Below, one piece after another: positions 49,401 to 63,264 of a stretch of 64,000 nt of DNA; position 1 is the stretch's first letter; each line of letters begins with the position of its first letter. The stretch is taken from positions 38,897,816 to 38,961,815 of the forward strand of contig CP154954.1 in assembly GCA_039621445.1 (NCBI GenBank). Direction: 5' to 3'. A program made the position numbers and the translations under genes. The stretch comes from Euglena gracilis (taxonomy: Eukaryota). Below the pieces are notes generated by a model that made no database searches, was not told the DNA's origin, and saw nothing but the letters and a program-made list of their open reading frames with translations.

Positions 49401-52400
49401 GGAGCGCCCCTTCCCCTGCCCCGGAGGTCGCTGCCCCGCCCTCCGACCCCACCGCCGTCACCGCCGGCACCGAAGAGGGGCCGGTTGGGCTAACAGACGG
49501 ACTCATAAGCAATGCTTGCAACTGTTGGGGGATATCTTGTTGCTGGCCCATCTGGGTACCCCCCCCCCCGGAAACTGTCCTCTGCCCCCCCCCCCACTGG
49601 CCCGTCCTCATAGAGAGCTGTCTCCCACCCTTGCACCCGCTGCGCTGACCTGGCGCTTGAGGAATTTTTGAAAATTTTCCGATTTTCTATTTAAAAAAGA
49701 TGCGATTCCCACGGTAAAAAAAAATCCCACCATTCTCTTCAGGCTTCTCGTTACAAATTTCGTGAAAAAATGCTTTTCTGACCTTTTTGGCACTGGGGGT
49801 CGAAAATGTCAACTTTTTTTCCCTCTGACCCGGATCTGCCAGGGAAACTGTCCTCTGCCCTCCGTACCCGCTGATCTGTCTTTATAGGGAGGGACCTGTC
49901 TCCTACCTCTGTTCCCGCTGACTTGTCTGGAGACAGTTTCCCAGGGGGGGGGTATGGGGGAAACGACAGCGCAGCCAACGTTTTGACGAAATTCCTGATT
50001 GCTGGCTGGCCAAATAATCGCAATGCAATTCGCTGCAGAAAATCTGTTGTTCCATTTTTAAAAACGAACAGCTTTGCACTAACTCCATGTCTGCAGAGCA
50101 GTAACTTGAAGAAGTGAGGAGCCATGGTTTAGCAATGTCTTCCTAGTTGTTGTTTTTTTGAAGATTTATGTTGAACCCGAGTCAGAATGAGGTGTCAGCA
50201 GGACTGTACAGGAAGCCTGAAAACCCTATATTTTTGGCCGGTTTTGCTCCTTTAAAGCGAAAAATCCGTAACCGTTCGGGCGGTTGGAAATAAATACAAC
50301 TCGTTGAGGGGGGGGGGGAGGGGGGTCCCGGGATGGAAGAGGCTGCTGGCTGGCTGGACCCCCTGGGGGGGTCAAATCTTCCTAAGCTAGCTACGCCCTG
50401 GCCCCAACCCACCAGGATGGGGTTGGGGCCAGGGCGTAGCAGAGGAAGAAAAGGTCGGAAAAGGGCTGGCCAGGGCAAATTTGGGGTCAAAAAATTGATT
50501 TTTGCATGATTGGCATTTTTGGGGCATTTTTGAGATGTTGGACCCCAGGTCGGAGCCAACAACCTTTTTCCAGCCAGCCCAAATTTTCCAGCCTCTGAGC
50601 TGGACCCCCCCGGGGTTAAAAACTCTCTGGTTGGGGTTGTCCGAACCCCCCAGGCTTTCTCATACAACCCTGGAGTGTCAGGGTTGGCCTGCTTTCATTT
50701 TGGCATTCAATCTGAGTTTAATGTGACCGTGTCTGAGATTTTTTACAAGTAACGTCGAGGGAACAATTTTTTTTTATTTTCCCACTCCCCCAATATGAAG
50801 CCCCCTCCCCAAGTGTGCAGTTCAAGACCCTCGGGGATTTTACATTGGGGGGTTCGGGGTGGAAAAATCAAACTCCTGGGGCCAATTTCTTTCATGTTTC
50901 CAATGCATTTTCAAGTCATTTTTTCAAGTCCCACCGCTTTTCAATAAAATTTCAAGTAGGAACCTTTTTTTGGCGAACAAAAAAGTCCAAGTTGTTGCCA
51001 AAGTTGCCAAAGAATAAAATATAAAAATATGAAAAAATACAAGAGCTCAACCCCCCCCTGGTTGAAAATATCACAGCAACCCAAGGATGCACAGGTTCTG
51101 GCCCTTTTTATTATGTGTCATGAACGCCTGAATAGCACACCATTTGTGTGTGTTGCATAGTTTCATTTCAATGCGCACACATTTTGTGCTTGCCCATGGG
51201 AGCTCGCCCCAGTCCCTTTAACCCCCCCAAATTTGGCAACAGAATTTAAGCACCCCCCCCCCCCCCCGGGATCAGTGACAATTCCAAATTTCAGCAAGCT
51301 TGAGGTAAAAAGAAGGGGAAGTGAAGGAATATATGAAAGCGACGCAAGCTCACAATAATAGCCGAATTTTTGGGAAATTAATCAAACTTGTTGAGTCTGC
51401 ACTGTTGTTTTTGGGGGGAGACGCTGTTATGTTGTATGTATGTTGTTGTGTTTATTTTGTATGTTGTATACAGTTTGCATACTCTGAAAAAAAAGTGCCT
51501 CCTCCTCCCTTCATTTGAACAAGTTTGGTCTGAGTTTAAGCTACGCCTCGGCGTGGAGACTGAACCGCAAATTAGAGCAAACCCCAAAATTTAACCCCAA
51601 TGGGAGCGGATTGGCTGAAACCTGGATTTAAGGAACGGGTTGCTAAAGTTTGGGGGGGGTTGAGTGTTGGGGTTCGTGATGGAATCCGTGTCTTGGCCCG
51701 GGGACAGGACGGATGCCAAGCAACGCCGGTGCAAGTGTCCGGGAGTCGTTTGGCGTGTCGCGAAGCATCGCCGGGCCTCGCCCCCCCCACCGGGCCCCTC
51801 TCCGCAGCACGGGCCTCAACGCCCAGCTGCAGAGTGCGGCGAGGGGCATGGCCAGGGCTGTGCGGGACTGCCCGAAGCCCTACGGGGTGGGGGGTGGGGG
51901 TGGGGGGGACCCCATGGCTTGACATGAGGAGGGTGTGCGGGGTCGAGAAGGGGGGGTGTCCCCCCACCTCCCCCCTGCACCACAGGGGGAGGGGGGTCCA
52001 GACCACCCCCTCGTCTGCCAAGGAGGGTCCAGACTGACCCTGGGGGACCCAACCAACCCCCCCCCCCCAAAGTCAGAATTTTCCAGCGTGCTGGACTGGA
52101 AGGAGGGTCCCCCCCAATTAGGTCTTCTCGTATTTCTGGGGTGCCAATTTATATAATAAATTCCTCAGGCCCCTAATAATTTTAATAATTTTCCTTGGGG
52201 GTCCCCCCCTCCCAGGCGGGGGGGGGGGGTAGTTGACTGCTCACCCCCAGCCCACCCGGCCTTCCCGTGCGGCCCTGGGCATGGCGGGCGGCGCCACGGT
52301 GTCCATCGCGAAGAAGGTCATCCTCTTCCCGCTGGACACGATCCGCTGCCGGCTGGAGGTGGCCCGCACCCCCCGCGTCCTGACCATACCGTTGCTTTTG

Positions 52401-55400
52401 GTGTGTCCGACCCCCCCCCCTGCCCTGGAGGTGACTGACTGATTTTGGCTCCAGCCACCCCTGCCCCCCCCCCCCATCGTCGAAGGCGCAGGAAATTTTT
52501 GGGGGGGGGGCCTTGGCCAAAATCCATTGTTCCCAAGGGCCTGGGGGGGATGGGGGTCATTCACATTCTTCCAAAACCCGTCAATCACTTTTCACAATTT
52601 TTTTTTGGAAAACCAGTCGGTCGCCACCCCGGATCCCGGGGGCAGCCGCTCTGGGATTCCAGGGAAATTGACCAGACGTGAAGGAAATGGCTACAAAAGT
52701 TCTCGGCAGCTTCGATTTGAGCCATTTTGGCCCAAGTGGCCAGGGAGTGACCCCTCCCCCACTGTGGCGGGGAGGGGGGGGGTCGGTGAGCAGTGGCATG
52801 GTCCTGACCGACCCGGAGCTCTACCGCGACCTGTATGCCGGCATCGTGCCGGTTTGGGGCCTGCGCTGACACTCAGGCCCACTTCCCCACTCAGGGGTTT
52901 TCTGAAGCCAAACGGCCCCTCCTTCTTGGGGGTGGGGGTCCACATACCGTTGGGGCCAGCTTGGCAAAGACGAGCCGGGCCAATGACAAATGTTCCTCGC
53001 CGACTCGTCACACATGTGTTGCACTTTGTTCCCCTGCCCAACCGCCCCCCAAGCCAGTTGAGCGGGCCCCACCGCAACCTCCTCGCTGGCACCCCCGCGT
53101 CGTCAGTGTTCTTTGGTGCAAAGGGCCAGCCGCTTCCGGTGGAACTCCGGTCCCAAAAAGTTACCTACCTCAGTGTCTCTCCATAAATGTTTGTGCGATC
53201 GCAGGCCAGAGCAGGCATGCGAACCCGGCCGGCAATGGGAATACCCGAGGCTGCTGCGGGCACCCTGGTGAGTGACGTGTTGCGGTCCGACGTCGGGCTG
53301 GACAACAAGCAGCTGGTGACGGTCCTCGCGGTGGGAGGCGCCCTCATCCCGACGTGGCTGGTGAAAACCCCGTCGGAGGTGTTGAAGACCCGCCGCCAGG
53401 TGTCTGTCCTCTCTTTCTCTCTTCTGGCTGGGGTGGGGGGACTTAAGAAATGAACCGGCGCCCCTTTTTTGGATTCTTTCCCAACAATTCGGAGGGAGGT
53501 GTCACTTTTCAGTAACTTTGAGGATCCTCTTTTGGATTTTTGCCAATAATCGGCACAGGAATCCGCCGAAAAATCTCAAAAAAAAAATCGCAAAATCCTC
53601 ATCCACCTTGAGGTTTTGTAAATGCGTCAACCAAGAGGGTATTTTTAAAGAAAAACTGAATTCTAAAACAAAATCGAATTGGAAATTGTGTTGAAATTGA
53701 CAATCTTTGTGACATTGTGAATTTATTGTTCATTGTGAAAATTCTGTGTATTTGTACCTATTTTTGGATCTTCCTGCAGGAAGACCTTTCTCGAAACTTT
53801 AAGCAAAAAAAAATTCCACAGAACCCCCCCAGAAGATAGATCCTCTTTTAGGATCTTCAGCAACCCAGAGAAAAGGATCCGCCGTCTATTGGGGGCAGCA
53901 TAGTGTTCCCCTGTGAGGACGCTGCGAGCAGATCCACATTAGCTTTTTTTTTGGATATTGATGGCTTACTGGGCAGTTGTATTTCTCCTGCCGGCCGAGC
54001 CCCCCAGGTCCCCCCAGGGGGGGATATACTTTTCGGCGCTGAAGGCACCAAAATTTTTGAAAAAGGTGCCATTTTTAGCATTTTTCGCGATTTTTGGCCA
54101 TTTTTGGGGAAAATTGAGTGGGTCCCCCCCCCTGGGGGGCCCCAGGGGGTGGGTGGGTAGGGGGGACCCCCCGGACTTAAAAAAGAACCCTCCCCCACAC
54201 CCACCCACCCATGGCCAGATGGCAATGGCAGGGCCTGGCCCACTCCTCCCATCAGGCCGGCACAGCGGAGGACTCCGTGGCGGAGATCGGCCGTGTGGTC
54301 CGGGAGGGCGGCGTCGGCGCGCTGTACGTCGGGTACGGGGCGAACCTCCTCTACGCCTTCCCCGCCGACGTCGTCAAGTTCCTGGTCTATGGCCGGGCCC
54401 GTTGCTGTGGGAACCCCTCCAACCACGGTCGTGTGAAGGCTGCATAGAGCAGATTCAAAACCCCTGAGGGCCATTGTTCGGCAAAAAAAAAAGAAGTGAG
54501 AAATATGAGGGTCCACTTTCCAGACCAACGCTGGGAGGTAAATAATTTAAAGAAGGCAATTTTGAGGCTTAAGGCAGTGCTTGGTTTTGCCGGGAGAAAC
54601 ATTCCCAAAGGATTGCCTGGTGCACCGTTTGGGGCCCACCGCCGGGGTCCTCCGCTGCCCAGCCTGTCTTCCCTCCCCGTCACAAGCAGCCCGCCTGCCC
54701 TCGACACCATCAAAGCCTCCCTGCACCCGGGCATCCAACCGCGGCGCTGCCTCGTTTTCAATCCTTTTCGCAATTTAGGATCGCCCAGCGTGTGAGGGCA
54801 TAAGGAAACTCTTGGTGCGGTGGAACTGGTTTTTTTTGGCAATTATTACACACATCCAGAAGCAAAACTTACGGAGAAAATGTGAAGATCAAAGTCGCTT
54901 TATGCAATCGGGTAATTCAAACTTTGGGTGGGGATCAGATTTTATCCAAAACAGAGCCCAACAACTGGGGAAGTTGCCTGAAGGGAGATCCGGTTGGAGT
55001 GTTCATTGATCCATGAGGAATCTCTTCTTCGTCATTAGTCTTTGGGCAATTTCTATCTTATTTTGGTCACATTTATTCTTTTAAAAATATTTATATTCTG
55101 TTAAATATCTGCATGTTTTTTCTGTGTTTTATGTTTCTTATTACCTCATTATCTGACTGGCTGCTCCCAGCTACATGCCCCCCCCCCCCCCGGGAGGACC
55201 ATATAGTCGAATCAGGGGGGGGGTCGTATGGTGGGACCCAGGTCCGACCTTTCGGGGAAAGTCGGGGTTATGGATTGGGATAGGGTGGGGGTTACGACTG
55301 GTTTCCCGTTGGGCTCCCCCTTTTTCGAAAGTTGGGGAGAAGTTAGGCCGCATTGCGGACGGATTTTGGGGGAATTCAGGTCGGTTTCGGGCATTTCTGG

Positions 55401-56582
55401 GGCAAACAGGTGATTCAAAAATCTTCTTCCCAAAACGAAATCTTCTTCTTCTTCCCAAAGCAACTCCTAACTTCTGGCCTAATTTGGTCCCTACCCTGCC
55501 AATTTTCGGCGCGACGGTCCTACCCCCTAACCCTATCCCTAAAATTGAATGCCCACCCTCCCCGAATCCGGCACTGCGTGGTTCCCCGACGCCGCGGGAC
55601 CGAACGTCGAAAAGTCGGATTTGGCCCACCATACGACCCCTCCCCCCTGATCCACTATATGCCCCCCCCCCCAACAGATGGCAGCTCCCAACTTTATGGG
55701 AGCTGCCATCTTATTATTATCTTGCGGTATCTTACAGGTTGCCAACACAAAAAACATACCCCCCCTGACAGCACAAAAAACATACCCCCCCCATTTTTTT
55801 TTCAGTTTTTGTGGCAGCCATAACTTCGGCTGTGCACCATGTTGAGGTCTCGGACATACTCCATATTGTTGCCTGTGAAATACCCATCTAAAGATGTCTC
55901 TGTGCATTTTCCTCGATTCCCCCTCCACCCCGAGTTATGGGCCCCTCAAAAGTGCTCCGCACATGTACATTATTATATTATCTTACAAACGGGGTTGCTC
56001 CCTCCGGGCAGGTCTGCTGGTGCTCGGGCTGGAGGCCCATGCTCTCAGCGGAAAGCATGCGGAATATGGAACGGGACCTTTGGGTCCCCTCTGACAAGTT
56101 GGTTGGTGGGTCCCAGTGCGCGGCCCGCCAGAACCCCACCCGTTGAATGGCTTCGCACATGGACGACGCCTAAATCAGGTTGAACGATCCAACTCTCCAT
56201 CGGGAAATTGTGGAACCCGCCTTTGGGACAGAACCCTTCCGTTTGGGACAGAGAGAATTGTGCCCGTGTGTTGGAAGACGGTGGGGCAAACCCAACCCAG
56301 ATCCCGCCTGGGGTGACAGGGCAGTGCCGCGGGGGCCCCTCTCCCCGGTGGAGTCGGCTGTGTTCGGAGGCGTGGCGGGGATGACCGCGGCGCTCGTGAC
56401 CACCCCGCTGGACGTGATCCGGCCCAGGGCCCACCTCCGTGGCATTTTCTGCCCCCACAACACACGCGCACACACAACACACACAACACACACAACACAC
56501 ACAACACACACACACACAACACACACACAAACACACACACACACACAACACACAACACACACACGCGCGCATGCAACACACA

Positions 56583-56614
<32 letters not shown>

Positions 56615-58557
56615 TCACACACATCACACACGTCACACATCACACATCACGCACAGCGTGGCTAGGTTGGGGTCAGGGATTTTTTTTCAACTTTGGACCT
56701 GCAGCCGTTTTTTGGCCCTTTTTTCTTCTTTTTTTTTACCCCAAAATTGACCCCCCCCCAAAAAAAGAGAGCATCCGGATCCCGCTTCCCCTCAGAGGGG
56801 GGTGAGGGTGCCCCCTGGGTTGGTGGGTGGGCCCCTCCTCTGGTCTTTAAGAAATCTCTTGTTGGGGCTGTGGTGTTGTGGTCTGGGTTATCAGTGTCGG
56901 AACCATGCCATTGTTTAAGGTGCGTCCGACCTGACTGACCGGTTTTGTTTTGTGACTGACTGGTGGCCCGGACCCCCAATTGGGTGGGGTTGGCCAGAAA
57001 TCCGAAGTGGCTACCCGACGCTTAAGGACCTGGAAAAAAATGGGGGCTTTTTGGCCAATATCCATTTATTTTAGGCCATTTTTGACCCGATTGATGACCA
57101 CCCCACGACCACAATGGGGGGAGTGGGTGGCTGGTTTTTGAAAGTGACTGACTGGCCTTTTTTTTTGGATAGCAGAAAGCAACCCTCCTCCCCCCCCCCC
57201 CGGCCAAGGAGCAATGATTGGCTGCAGTCCGGTGGATCGACCCCATTTTTAATCCACACAAACATTCCAATCAGTATTCTGGTAGCCAAACCTGGACTTG
57301 CTGCATCCACGCCCGCGCTCCACTGGAATTGAGAAAAGCGCGGGATCAACGAGCCCATTTGGCTGCCTCGGCCGCAGCTGGCGGAACTTTCGTGGTTGGG
57401 CAAACACAGAAAGTAAAAACAATGGGGGACCAGCCATTTGTCCGAATGGTCACATCCCCCCCTGCATTTCCAACGCCCTTTTGGAGGAGTTTTTTTTTGT
57501 CCTTTTTGAGATGCGAAGCCGCCAACAACACCCGGCGGAAGCCCCCGGATGGCCCTGTTTGTCCATTTTCCTCCCTGTCCATTTCGTCTGGACTGCCAGT
57601 TCCACCCCCCAACCCCGGGCATCCCGCTCTCCCCCCCTCTCCCCCGGGCTGGGCAAGCAGCCGTCCCCCGTAGTGTGTGTCCCCGAGCCCGAGGGGGCCG
57701 GCCCTGCCGGGACCCGCCTGATGGCGGAGGCCGACCAGCGGCGGTACAGCTCCGCCCTGGACTGCGCCGTCAAGACGGTCCGCGAGGGCCAGGGCCGGCT
57801 GCAGGGCGTTGCGTGGGTGGTCGCCAGTCGACAACGTTTTCCAGGCAGCAGCTCCCAGGGCCGCTGATGCAAAGTTGGGGGCAGTCGCGCTGGGCTGAAA
57901 TGAAAAAAAAAATATACAAAGCGCAAAGCTAAGAATTTTGCGAGAGGATGGTCAAATGGCCAACAATTGAGCTTTTTTTGTTTTCACATTTGTATTTTTT
58001 GCCAAAAAAAATCCCAACCTGCTGGATTTGGTCTTTTTTTTGCATGTTTTTGGCAACCAGCCGGGTCCAGCTGCCAGCCAGCCGGAACCCCCCCCCCCCC
58101 GGATCCCAACTCCCCAGGGGTCGCAGGTCCAGTCTCCAGGCAGCACCTTGGCCCACCTGTCCCACGGGCCAACCGCCAAGCCAGGGGGCCCTGCGGGCCG
58201 ACGGGTGGCCAGTGCTGCTGTCCGGGGTGGGGCCCCGGCTGACGTCCAAGGTGCTTGCCAACGCCATCCAGTTCGCCAGCTTCGACTTCAGCCAGCGCCT
58301 GCTCGGCGCCCGCCGCCAGCGGGGGATGGGACGCGGGGCGGACAGGGGAGGGGGGTCTGCCAATCAGCAGCTGCATGGCAGCATTCTCCTTCACGTGCAG
58401 TGCAAAAAATGAACAGGCTGCTTTGCCGCCCCAGAGCATCGGCCATCGAACTTCGACCCATGAAGTTGCATTCCCTCCCTGGCGGGATTTGGGGGCGTTG
58501 TCGGAGACACCACCGGGATTCCTGGGGGCTGGCCCATCCCCCCCTGCCACCGACTAG
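43416..58557 (+). CDS. Plastid-targeted mitochondrial carrier family (SLC25) protein, resembling S-adenosylmethionine carriers; about 18 exons
   Basis: Exons 43416-43470, 43608-43669, 44267-44442, 45156-45233, 46044-46163, 48945-~49035, ~49295-49468, 51809-~51847, ~52266-~52367, ~52792-52851, 53076-53123, 53262-53399, 54256-54390, 54703-54736, 56337-~56421, ~57711-57786, 58200-58313, 58552-58557 (~ marks uncertain junctions). Three carrier signatures: PLDTIRCR, PSEVLKTR and PLDVIRTR. Matching second-half motifs: LYRDLYAGIVPNLL, REGGVGALYVGYGANLL and REDGWPVLLSGVGPRL. N-terminus has a signal helix, an Ala/Pro/Arg-rich transit region and a second hydrophobic helix followed by basic residues. 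Substrate is an inference. Confidence 0.88.
45234..46043 (+). other. Nonconventional intron with CAGGG..CCCTG termini and a 7/8 flanking direct repeat
   Basis: Boundaries T|GGGCAGGGATCCATGG...CCATGTGTCCCTGGCGCT|G. About 13-bp stem. The 8-mers flanking the CAG..CTG core are gtgctggg and gcgctggg. Removal gives in-frame VGVL|GLAALP. Confidence 0.8.
46950..48560 (+). mobile_element. Fragmented LTR-retrotransposon (Ty3/gypsy-like integrase C-terminal) remnants in a carrier-gene intron
   Basis: Translated motifs SPYRLVFGRDP and YSPGDRVWVRN, typical of the region after the retroviral integrase core. The pieces are out of canonical order and no LTRs, RT or RNase H were seen. Confidence 0.5.
55159..55707. 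mobile_element. Merlin-like MITE family member in a carrier-gene intron
   Basis: Termini GGCTGCTCCC..GGGAGCTGCC; 6/8 TSD; shares gtcgtatggtgggacccaggtccgacctttcgg with the copy at ~38682. Confidence 0.65.
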
Positions 58558-59265
58558 CCCCCGGCGGTCCACCGGCCCTCCCCCCCTGCCCCAGCCTCCT
58601 CCACTGGTGGCCCAGCACTCAGCCACCCCGGCAGGCCCATCCGCCACAGCCGTAAGTCCCGCGGCCGGCGTGGTCAGGCCGACGGCCCCCTTCACACGCC
58701 CATCGGACGCTGTGCCGGTCCTCCTCCACCGCACGACGCAGCCCGCGACACGCCCCAGAATCCCCTTTCCCTTCTGTCAGAGTCCTCCCTCGTTACAAGA
58801 TAATTTTGCATGTTTTGGTTCTTTGTTGTTGGACCCCCCCCCTGCGGCCAAGGACGAGGGCACCTTCCAAATTGTTAGGCATTTTAAGACAATTCAAGGC
58901 ATTTTCAGGCATCTTGAAGGCTTTTTATGGTTTTCAACACCTAATAAAGAAATATGCCTTGCCTCTCCCTCCCCCTGACACTCTGGGAGGGGAAGGAGTT
59001 TCAGACGGGTGGAGCCCACCGTCAGCCTGATCTTTCGGCCAAAAGAAAGTCCAATAGTGAGCATTTTTTTCGGTGAGCATTTTTTTCAGACAACACGGGT
59101 GTTGTTCCTCCCTGGTGCTTCCGGGTTGCAAAAAAAGGGGGCAGATGGGGGAATTCATACAGTTCCGGTTCCCCTTCCCTCAGGCCGCGCCGCCCTCCCC
59201 CGCCGCATATGTGACGCAGCCCGGCTGCCGCCCCGCCCCGCGCATGCCCCGCCGCCCGTGACCCG

Positions 59266-60012
59266 ATGTCGGCCGACCGCGGCCCTCCCCGGGGGCCCCC
59301 GCCACCCGGCGGCAAAGGGATGGGCATGGGGCGTGGTGAGCCCAGGGTGACGCCCGGGCCCACCCCTCCAGGCTGTCGTTGGGGGTGTGGGGTATGGGCG
59401 GTGGTGCCTGGGGCACATCCATGCACGCACATCTGCACACAAACGTCCACAAATGTTCAAGCAAACAACTGCAAGAAGACAAACCACAGAGTGGGCGTAT
59501 TTAAATACGCACACAAACTCTTCCTCTCGCACACAACACACACAACATGCACACACAAACACACAAACATTCAAACATGCACACATAAATGTTCCCTCTC
59601 CCTCACACAACAGACGCACACATCACATAAACAAACCAGGGTTTTTTTTTTTAGTCTTGAACCCCTGGGGGGAAGGGGTGGTAGGGGGGGTGGGTCCGGC
59701 CGAGCCCCCCCCCCCCGGGTCCCCCCAGGGGGGATTTACTTCTTGGCGCCGAAGGCACCGAAAATTTTTGAAAAGGTGCTATTTTTTAGCATTTCCGCAC
59801 TTTTTTGGCCATTTTCGGGGGAAATTAGGTGGGTCCCCCAGGACAAGGGGTGGGTGGGTTGGGGACCCCCCTCCCACCGGTCTTAAAAAAAATCCCTGAC
59901 ACAAACACTAAAACACACAGGAGAGTTCCCTCTCTCTCTTACGACGCACACACAACGCACACACCCACAATACACACACACAACGCACACACCCACAATA
60001 CACACACACACA

Positions 60013-60043
<31 letters not shown>

Positions 60044-61609
60044 CGCCAAAGGCGGGGCCCTGCCCTTGCCCGGGCCCCGCGGCCCGCCTTTCGGTCCCCC
60101 TGGGCTGCCCCCCGGCTCCCCTGCCTCGGGCCCCGGCCCTGGCCATGCATCCACTTCCCCCGGCGTGACCCCCTTGAAAGTCATTCGAATGAAACCCCAA
60201 TTTGTCGTGGACACATATTTCCATATATATGTATGTCTGTCTGTCTGTCTGTATGTATGTATGTATGTATGTATGTATGTATGTATGTATGTATGTATGT
60301 ATGTATGTATGTATGTATGTATGTATGTATGTATGTATGTATGTATGTATGTATGCCTGAATGTATGTATGTATGTATGTATGTACGTATGTATGTATGT
60401 ATGTATGTATGTATGTATGTATGTATGTATGTATGTATGTATGTATGTATGTATGTATGCATGTATGTATGTATGTATGCATGTATGTATGTATGTAGGT
60501 ATGTATGTATGTATGTATGTATGTATGTATGTATGTATGCATGTATGTATGTATGTATGTATGTATCTTGTATGTATGTGCATGTAGTATGTATGTATGT
60601 GTGTATGTATGTATGTATGTATGTATGTATGTATGTATGTATGTATGTATGTATGTATGTGTGTATGTATGTATGTATGTATGTAGGTGTATAAGTATGT
60701 ATGTATGTATGTACGTATTCCAGATGTATGTATGTATGTATGTATGTATGTATGTATGTATGTCTGTATGTATGTATGTATGTATGTATGTATGTATGTA
60801 TGTATGTATGTATGTATGTATGTATGTATGTATGTATGTATGTATGTATGTATGTATGTATGTAGGTATGTATGTATGTATGTATGTATGTATGTATGTA
60901 TGTATGTATGTATGTATGCATGTATGTATGTCTGTATGTATGTATGTATGTATGTCTGTATGTATGTATGTATGTATGTATGTATGTATGTATGTATGTA
61001 TGTATGTATGTATGTATGTATGTATGTATGTATGTATGTATGTATGTATGTATGTATGTATGTATGTATGTATGTATGTATGTATGTATGTATGTATGTA
61101 TGTATGTATGTATGTATGTATGTATGTATGTATGTATGTATGTATGTATGTATGTATGTATGTATGTATGTATGTATGTATGTATGTATGTATGTATGTA
61201 TGTATGTATGTATGTATGTATGTGTATGCATGCATGTATGTATGTATGTATGTATGTATGTATGTATGTATGTATGTCTGTCTGTATGTATGTATGTATG
61301 TCTGTATGTATGTATATGTATGTATGCATGTATGTATGTGTGTATGTATGTATGTATGTATGTATGTTGTCTGTCTGTATGTATGTATGTATGTCTGTCT
61401 GTCTGTATGTATGTATGTATGCATGTATGTTATGTATGTATGTATGTATGTAGTATGTATGTGTGTATGTATGTATGTATGTCTGTCTGTCTGTATGTAT
61501 GTATGTATGTTTTTTGTTTGTATGTATGTATTTTTGTATGTAATGTATGTATGTATGTATGTATGTATGTATGTATGTATGTATGTATGTATGTATGTAT
61601 GTATGTATG

Positions 61610-61640
<31 letters not shown>

Positions 61641-63233
61641 TGTATGTATGTATGTAATGTATGTATGTATGTATGTATGTATGTATGTATGTATGTATGT
61701 ATGTATGTATGTATGTATGTATGTATGTATGTATGTATGTATGCATGTATGTATGTATGTATGTATGTATGTATGTATGTATGCATGCATGTATGTATGT
61801 ATGTATGTATGTATGTATGTATGTATGTATGTATGTATGTATGTATGTATGTATGTATGCATGTCTGTATGTATGTATGTATGTATGTATGTATGTATGT
61901 ATGTATGTATGTATGTATGTATGCATGTATGTATGTATGTATGTATGTATGTATGTATGTCTGTATGTATGTATGTCTGTCTGTATGTCTGTCTGTATGT
62001 ATGTATGTATGTATGTATGTATGTATGTATGTATGTATGTATGTATGTATGTATGTATGTATGTATGTATGTATGTATGTATGTATGTATGTATGTATGT
62101 ATGTATGTATGTATGTATGTATGTATGTATGTATGTATGTATGTCTGTATGTATGTATGTATGTATGTATGTATGTATGTATGTATGTATGTATGTATGT
62201 ATGTATGTATGTATGTAGTATGTATGTATGTATGTATGTATGTATGTATGTATGTATGTATGTATGTATGCATGTATGTATGTATGTATGTATGTATGTA
62301 TGTATGTATGTATGTATGTATGTATGTATGTATGTATGTATGTATGTATGTATGTATGTATGTATGTATGTATGTATGTATGTATGTATGTATGTATGTA
62401 TGTATGTATGTATGTGTGTGTGTATGTATGTATGTCTGTCTGTCTGTATGTATGTATGTTGTCTGTCTGTCTGTATGTATGTATGTCTGTCTGTCTGTCT
62501 GTCTGTATGTATGTATGTATGTATGTATGTATGTATGTATGTATGTATGTATGTATGTATGTATGTATGTATGCATGTATGTATGTATGTATGTATGTAT
62601 GTGTATGTATGTATGTATGTATGTATGTATGTATGTATGTATGTATGTATGTATGTATGTATGTATGTATGTATGTATGTATGCATGTATGTATGTATGT
62701 ATGTATGTATGTATGTATGTATGTATGTATGTATGTATGTATGTATGCATGCATGCATGCATGTATGTATGTATGTATGTGTATGTATGTATGTATGTAT
62801 GTATGTATGTGTGTATGTATGTATGTATGCATGTATGTATGTATGTATGTATGTATGTATGTATGTATGTATGTATGTATGTATGTATGTATGTATGTAT
62901 GTATGTATGCATGTATGTATGTATGTATGTATGTATGTATGTATGTATGTATGTATGTATGTATGCATGTATGTATGTATGTATGTATGTATGTATGTAT
63001 GTATGTATGTATATGTGTGTAGGTATGTATGTATGTATGTATATATGTATGTATGTGTATGTATGTATGGTATGTATGTATGTATGCATGTGTATGTCTG
63101 TCTGTCTGTATGTATGTATGTATGTCTGTCTGTCCGTCTGTATGTATGTATGTATGTATGTATGTGTGTATGTATGTATGTATGTATGTCTGTCTGTCTG
63201 TATGTATGTATGTATGTTGTCTGTCTGTATGTA

Positions 63234-63264
<31 letters not shown>

